DNA from: a virus
Lineage: Duplodnaviria > Caudoviricetes
Length of the DNA: 29,698 nt
Reading direction: 5' to 3' (one strand)
Virus record (IMG/VR): IMGVR_UViG_3300037286_000008
Location: 1 to 29,698 of that record
The notes beneath the pieces are model-generated. The model was not told the origin of the DNA and made no database searches. It worked only from the letters and a program-made list of their open reading frames with translations. The stretch's first letter is position 1, and the number at the start of each line of letters is the position of its first letter. This document shows, piece after piece, positions 25,308 through 29,698 of the stretch. The position numbers and the translations under genes are program-made.

Positions 25308-27407
25308 TTATATTTCCTCCTGTTCTATTTGACCAAAAATTCCAGATATTTCAGTCATTATGGGAAGGTCTTGTTCAATAGTTATGATAGCGTCTAAATC
25401 AGTTCCCCTACTTTTACCTTGTATAGTTTCTGATCGGGGGGACTCCACTACCCCCATAGGGGTGAAAGCGTGACGAGTAGCTCCTCTAACTCCGTTAATC
25501 AAAGGGGGATAAGAATTTATCAACTTCATGAATATTTTAACCCATCGTTTTACCATTCCTCTGGTAGTACCAATAGGATTAATAGCATCTGCTATAGGTA
25601 ATGTTTTAGCAATAGAATGTATTTTAAGTCCTATATCTATAACCTTACCCCCGAATTCTAAAGTAACTTTTCCAGTACCTGCTACAGGTGTAGCATTCGG
25701 GTGAACCGCTCCGTCAACTAAAATTTGACATTCTTTACCAATTAAATGAGGAGCGTATATTTCAGTAATAGCTGAAGAGGATACTTTATGTACATGAGAA
25801 TCTAATTTTACATATCTATTAGAAGTATACCTTTCTAAATATATAATTCCCGCACCTTCTGATCTATCGACTAACACCCATATTTCATCCTCTCCTCCTG
25901 AAGGTATAACGCAAGCATCTATTACAATTCCTTGAGTAGTTCGTCTATAGAATCCCGCAGATCCAGATAGTGATTCGTATGTCCCAACTACTACTCCATC
26001 ATTCGCAGTAGTTGCAACTAATAAAGATGAAGGATTAGGTGCCCATAATAAATTTGTTAATTTATTATTTCCCATTGTAAGATGTGTAGAAGCAAAATTA
26101 ACTTCTTTTGATATCCAAGCATCCTTGGCCCATTCATATCCTATTTTTCGTATTCTTCTACCATCAGCAGATATGTATAAAACATCACTTCCTATATCTA
26201 AACATTGATGAGGCATAGATCCATTAGAACTTTGAGGACGGGATTTAATATCTCCTGGGATAATCACACCTTCTGTACTGGTTAGTATATACTCAGTATT
26301 ATCAGTTCCTATAACCATATTTTGAGAACCTGCTAACCATCTGATTCTTCCTTGACGTTCCAAATCATGGGATAATGCATCATCCGCCAAAGCTCCTGTT
26401 GTAAAGTTTGTATAGGCATTTGATTTAGAAGCCCATATTCGATTAGGGTTATCACGAGATCCAGCTAAATATAAACGCCCTTCAAAGAATTCTATAGCTA
26501 CTGGATAACTCCCACTAACCCATTCTACCGGAGCCGCCGTAAAAGATATAGGGGCTAATGTCCATACTTTAGTAGTACGGTTATACGATAAAACTTGTGT
26601 TATAACTCCTGGAGAAGTAAGATATAAATTAAAACCAGTAGGAGTCATTTTTCTTTGCATAAACCGAATATCATCATCTGAAACCCAAGGAGAAGTGAAA
26701 GAAACATAAACAGGGGATACATCCATATCAAAGCAATCAACTCTATTTAATATTTTTATATTAGAAGGACCACTTACTCTAACTTCCATATACATGGTAG
26801 TAGTTGAACAGATTAAATCTTCTATTACTACATCTGCTACCGTAGCAAAACTTCCAGCATATATTTCCGAACCCCCTAACGTAGTTCCTATATTTACTTC
26901 TAAAACCCCGTCCCCGCTAAATAACTCTATAGCAAGTTTATTCTTATGACCTATAACTACAGTAAGAGCTTGACGTATCCAAGCATCTTGAGTCTCATTG
27001 GTCCCTCCCGTTAACGTACAAGCACCGCCACCAAAACTTACTGAACCGGCTCCGGTAGATCCAAAAATCCATGAGGTACTACCAAAGTCGAAATTAGAAT
27101 TAGCAACTAACGTAGCAGTTTGAGCTACGCCTATTTGATCGTATATCCTAACTAATGTTTTAGTTACTGAAACAGCGAATCGAGTAAAGACGTCTACTAC
27201 AAATTTAAATACTCTACCATAAGTGCCCGCTACAGAAGCTACATATTCGGTTCCTTGACTGGTTATTATAGTTCCTTCAGGAGTTATACGCCAATTTTCT
27301 ATATAAGACATAGCATGTTTTCTACCCTCAAGATCCTCCCTCATTTCCATTCGGGGACTTATTTCACCAGCTGAGAAATCTGTTTGAGTAATATTTTTTC
27401 GTGGCAT
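25308..27407 (-). CDS. Tail tubular protein B (nozzle / stabilisation protein)
   Basis: QTDFSAGEISP, NW...P.G....GT, YP....FFEGRL.LAG, IW.S, NF..G..DD; TAATG coupling at 27407. Confidence 0.92.
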   Translation of the reverse strand: MPRKNITQTDFSAGEISPRMEMREDLEGRKHAMSYIENWRITPEGTIITSQGTEYVASVAGTYGRVFKFVVDVFTRFAVSVTKTLVRIYDQIGVAQTATLVANSNFDFGSTSWIFGSTGAGSVSFGGGACTLTGGTNETQDAWIRQALTVVIGHKNKLAIELFSGDGVLEVNIGTTLGGSEIYAGSFATVADVVIEDLICSTTTMYMEVRVSGPSNIKILNRVDCFDMDVSPVYVSFTSPWVSDDDIRFMQRKMTPTGFNLYLTSPGVITQVLSYNRTTKVWTLAPISFTAAPVEWVSGSYPVAIEFFEGRLYLAGSRDNPNRIWASKSNAYTNFTTGALADDALSHDLERQGRIRWLAGSQNMVIGTDNTEYILTSTEGVIIPGDIKSRPQSSNGSMPHQCLDIGSDVLYISADGRRIRKIGYEWAKDAWISKEVNFASTHLTMGNNKLTNLLWAPNPSSLLVATTANDGVVVGTYESLSGSAGFYRRTTQGIVIDACVIPSGGEDEIWVLVDRSEGAGIIYLERYTSNRYVKLDSHVHKVSSSAITEIYAPHLIGKECQILVDGAVHPNATPVAGTGKVTLEFGGKVIDIGLKIHSIAKTLPIADAINPIGTTRGMVKRWVKIFMKLINSYPPLINGVRGATRHAFTPMGVVESPRSETIQGKSRGTDLDAIITIEQDLPIMTEISGIFGQIEQEEI

Positions 27408-28012
27408 TATATCCCCCAATCATATACGGAATTACTTCCTCTGCCGTACCGGGCTCCGAGTAATCGAGACGCATATACTCTCTTAGGGGAACCTTGCCCC
27501 CCGTCTATAGCACCCCCATTTTCTAACAGTCCTTCGGATAGAGTCACCATATCATTTTTAAATACCCTACTTGCTGTTAGCGGTCCAGATATAAATTCTG
27601 CTAATTTATGAGCGACCGCTATAGAGAAAGTAGGAGTAAATAGGGAAGTATCAGTAATCAGTTTAGTGTATCTAATATATACTACAGAGTGATTAGTCAA
27701 AAGTTTATTACCGCTTAACTGATAGAGTATTCCATACTCTAATTTAGGATTATCGGACACTTGTCTAACAACCAAACAATCTGAGGGGAGTTGAAATTGA
27801 GTAGAAAAGTCAGCTGCGGGGATCGCTGTTAGAGGAGAAAGACGTTTATAGTCGGAAGCAAATGTCCAATCTCTGTTTTCTAAACAATAGTTTCGGGCAT
27901 TGGGATAAAAAGTCTTACATAGATCAGACTCTTTACTACCATCCTCAAAAGAAGTTATAGGACTACCATCGGCGAATCCTATAGCCATATTACTTATCTC
28001 AATTGCGTCCAT
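27407..28012 (-). CDS. Tail tubular protein A (head-tail adaptor)
   Basis: EI.N.A......ITSF.D.S.E..LC...Y..AR...L....W.FA, FQLPSDCL, F...F..A.A.KLA. Confidence 0.9.
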   Translation of the reverse strand: MDAIEISNMAIGFADGSPITSFEDGSKESDLCKTFYPNARNYCLENRDWTFASDYKRLSPLTAIPAADFSTQFQLPSDCLVVRQVSDNPKLEYGILYQLSGNKLLTNHSVVYIRYTKLITDTSLFTPTFSIAVAHKLAEFISGPLTASRVFKNDMVTLSEGLLENGGAIDGGQGSPKRVYASRLLGARYGRGSNSVYDWGI

Positions 28013-28028
28013 ACAATCTCCTTTTATA

Positions 28029-28052
28029 AAGGTGTGCGATATCGCACACCTT
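28029..28052. repeat. Motif A copy 20
   Basis: AAAGGTGTGCGATATCGCACACCTTT, perfect (28028-28053). Confidence 0.95.
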
Positions 28053-28355
28053 TTATTTACCCGCTCTTATCAATCTGCGAATTTTTTGTATACCTACTTT
28101 TCCTAATTCTACTATAAACGTATCCAAAGCCACAGGAACTCCGTTTTTTATTAGAGTAACTACTCCATTGAAATCCAGAATTCCGAATAGATTAACCGTA
28201 CTTATAACTGAAGTTAGATTTCCTGTAAATGATAGTACTCCTTCCACCAATCGTACTATAGCTGTTGACTCTTGTAATGCCCCGGAAAAAGATACTGTTC
28301 CAGATACGGACCGATGGTAGTCTTTATTTAGAGATACTCCTCCAGAGAATGGCAT
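28053..28355 (-). CDS. Small virion-region protein with G-x-[LV]-x-F-x-G beta repeats
   Basis: GGAGA RBS and ATG at 28355, right after the upstream stop. Confidence 0.65.
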   Translation of the reverse strand: MPFSGGVSLNKDYHRSVSGTVSFSGALQESTAIVRLVEGVLSFTGNLTSVISTVNLFGILDFNGVVTLIKNGVPVALDTFIVELGKVGIQKIRRLIRAGK

Positions 28356-28356
28356 A

Positions 28357-28941
28357 TTAACTCTCCGCATTAACAGTAAGTTGATAGGTAAACTCAATAG
28401 TATCAAGATTCTCTACCGGAACTGCCGTAAATACTGATCTATCCATTAGTGTACCCGCTGTAGAAGCTGAGAATAATCCGTGTTCTACAATAGATCTGGA
28501 AGCGGAGTAAGTTATAGTAGCAACCGATTTATAAATATTAGAGGAGGTTCCTTCTATTTGAGTTCCAGTTTGTCTGGTTTCTACTTCAGTTATAAGAGCA
28601 GTTTGTGCGTTACTCTCAGCAGTATTATCAGTTCCGGAAGCATGGTACTTAAAAGCATCCATAGGCTTAGTAGTAGAATTCTGTAAGGAGTCTACTAAAT
28701 ACTGAGTAAAAGCCTGAGTAACCTTTTGACAGGATACTAAACCATAATCACGTAAAAGCTGTTTTCCTCTAAAATGGCGAAGTGACAAGAACCCAAAACA
28801 TTCAAGTACATTAGGTTTCTTAGTTATTTTTAAATCATATAAAATATCTTCTAAGGTTTTATTTTTCGGGAGTATTCCTAACTCTACTCTGGCTCTTGTC
28901 CTGAAAGAACTATGGTTCCTTTGGTTAGTACTTTGTAACAT
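28357..28941 (-). CDS. Putative virion structural (decoration/fibre-associated) protein
   Basis: AAGGAG RBS; FKYH.SGT..TAE...TAL..E...R, EHGLF.A...GTL.DR.VF, EFTY.LT pattern. Confidence 0.7.
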   Translation of the reverse strand: MLQSTNQRNHSSFRTRARVELGILPKNKTLEDILYDLKITKKPNVLECFGFLSLRHFRGKQLLRDYGLVSCQKVTQAFTQYLVDSLQNSTTKPMDAFKYHASGTDNTAESNAQTALITEVETRQTGTQIEGTSSNIYKSVATITYSASRSIVEHGLFSASTAGTLMDRSVFTAVPVENLDTIEFTYQLTVNAES

Positions 28942-29144
28942 TTAGGGGAGTCTCCTTTTTTATAGGGTATTGTAGTTCCATGATAGCCATGTTTCTTAAT
29001 GGCCCCAGATGCCAATTTTTTATTAATATCTTTACTGTGTTTTCTACGAGAAAAATCATCAATTACCTTACCTTTGGAATCTCTTATAAGATGTTTTTTA
29101 GGATTCCAAAGGTAAAATATTATCTTCTTAATAAAATCTAACAT
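28884..29144 (-). CDS. Basic hypothetical protein
   Basis: AAGGAG RBS; TAATG coupling to the upstream gene; 58-bp overlap with the next gene. Confidence 0.55.
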   Translation of the reverse strand: MLDFIKKIIFYLWNPKKHLIRDSKGKVIDDFSRRKHSKDINKKLASGAIKKHGYHGTTIPYKKGDSPKCYKVLTKGTIVLSGQEPE

Positions 29145-29698
29145 TATAATACTCCTTGGATTAATCTATGATAATGTCTTTTCATACTTATAGTTCCGGA
29201 CATACTGGAAAGAACTCCCTCTATACTAACCGTATTTCCTCCTCCTGCAATTGGAATCGAATAGAACACAGGGCTGACTCTATGCCAAAGACCCCATAAG
29301 TTATCATTGATATATGCTATCTGATCGGCTGATAACGTAGCATCAAATACGAAACCACAGTGAACTTCTTGTTTCCCATGATAGGCTGTTGTGGCAGGAA
29401 TAGAAGATACGCAGTTTATACCAAATGAATCAGGCGCACCACCATTAACAAGTGACACACTCCAAACCTTCTCCCCTTCAAAGTATGCTGCTGGCCCAAC
29501 ACTATCCCAGGTTAGGACAACCAGTGTCGGCTTGTACACCTCAAAATACTTGCCAGTTGCATATCCTGTCGTGGTGAAAAACCCAGGACGGAACTCTCCG
29601 CTATTATATCCTAAATAGAGCCTATCCCCCGCCCCAACTCGCATTGTTGCAAGATATCTGGTATTCACTGATTCCCACAATGAGGTCATGACCATGAT
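29144..29698 (-). CDS. LamG/concanavalin-A-like domain protein, 5' end probably outside the window
   Basis: LVVLTWD...Y.EG...FD.TLSADQI..I..N.W pattern; frame open to the window edge. Confidence 0.7.
   Translation of the reverse strand: MMVMTSLWESVNTRYLATMRVGAGDRLYLGYNSGEFRPGFFTTTGYATGKYFEVYKPTLVVLTWDSVGPAAYFEGEKVWSVSLVNGGAPDSFGINCVSSIPATTAYHGKQEVHCGFVFDATLSADQIAYINDNLWGLWHRVSPVFYSIPIAGGGNTVSIEGVLSSMSGTISMKRHYHRLIQGVL

Noticed and set aside
27505-27517. Additional motif A copy (CTATAGCACCCCC)
   Set aside because: Only a right half-site; the left arm is absent
166-28052. Motif A as phage RNA polymerase promoters or integron attC sites
   Set aside because: T7-type promoters are asymmetric and no RNA polymerase gene is visible; the element is too short and lacks attC RYYYAAC/GTTRRRY ends, and no integrase is seen
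28884-28965. Programmed -1 frameshift at the A-run joining the 86-aa and 194-aa ORFs
   Set aside because: The downstream frame has a TAA immediately before its ATG and has its own AAGGAG RBS
3117-29618. Many short antisense ORFs in the track (e.g. 3117-3515, 10670-11194, 15731-16129, 20096-20461, 22380-22688)
   Set aside because: They lie opposite well-supported genes and show no recognisable motifs

Overview
The window is a large part of a tailed dsDNA phage genome of podovirus type, with APSE/BPP-1-like organisation and two convergent arms. The + arm (about 430-16707) holds small early genes, a ParB-like protein, two Cys-rich repeat proteins and a replication module: DUF2800/Cas4-like nuclease, DUF2815 ssDNA-binding protein, family-A DNA polymerase, VRR-NUC nuclease, ATP-dependent ligase, primase-VapE helicase fusion, DUF5675 and SNF2 helicase. 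The - arm (16748-end) holds short-tail virion genes: tail adaptor, nozzle, GNAT-like protein, internal/ejection proteins, tail fibre, and a holin-like and a PLA2-like gene. I recognised no terminase, portal, capsid, integrase, ParA or RNA polymerase in the window. The most striking feature is a 24-bp palindrome, AAGGKGTGC-DAYRTH-GCACMCCTT, which I count 20 times across the whole window. Five copies lie inside coding sequence, four of them read as G-V-Q-[HY]-x-T-P. Together with the ParB-like protein and a second 18-bp palindrome found beside some copies, this suggests a KorB/parS-like genome-wide binding-site system (inference). Three inserts (two repeat-protein genes and one possible structured RNA) are each bounded by perfect 18-35 bp direct repeats. 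All family calls come from motifs read by eye; no searches were run.
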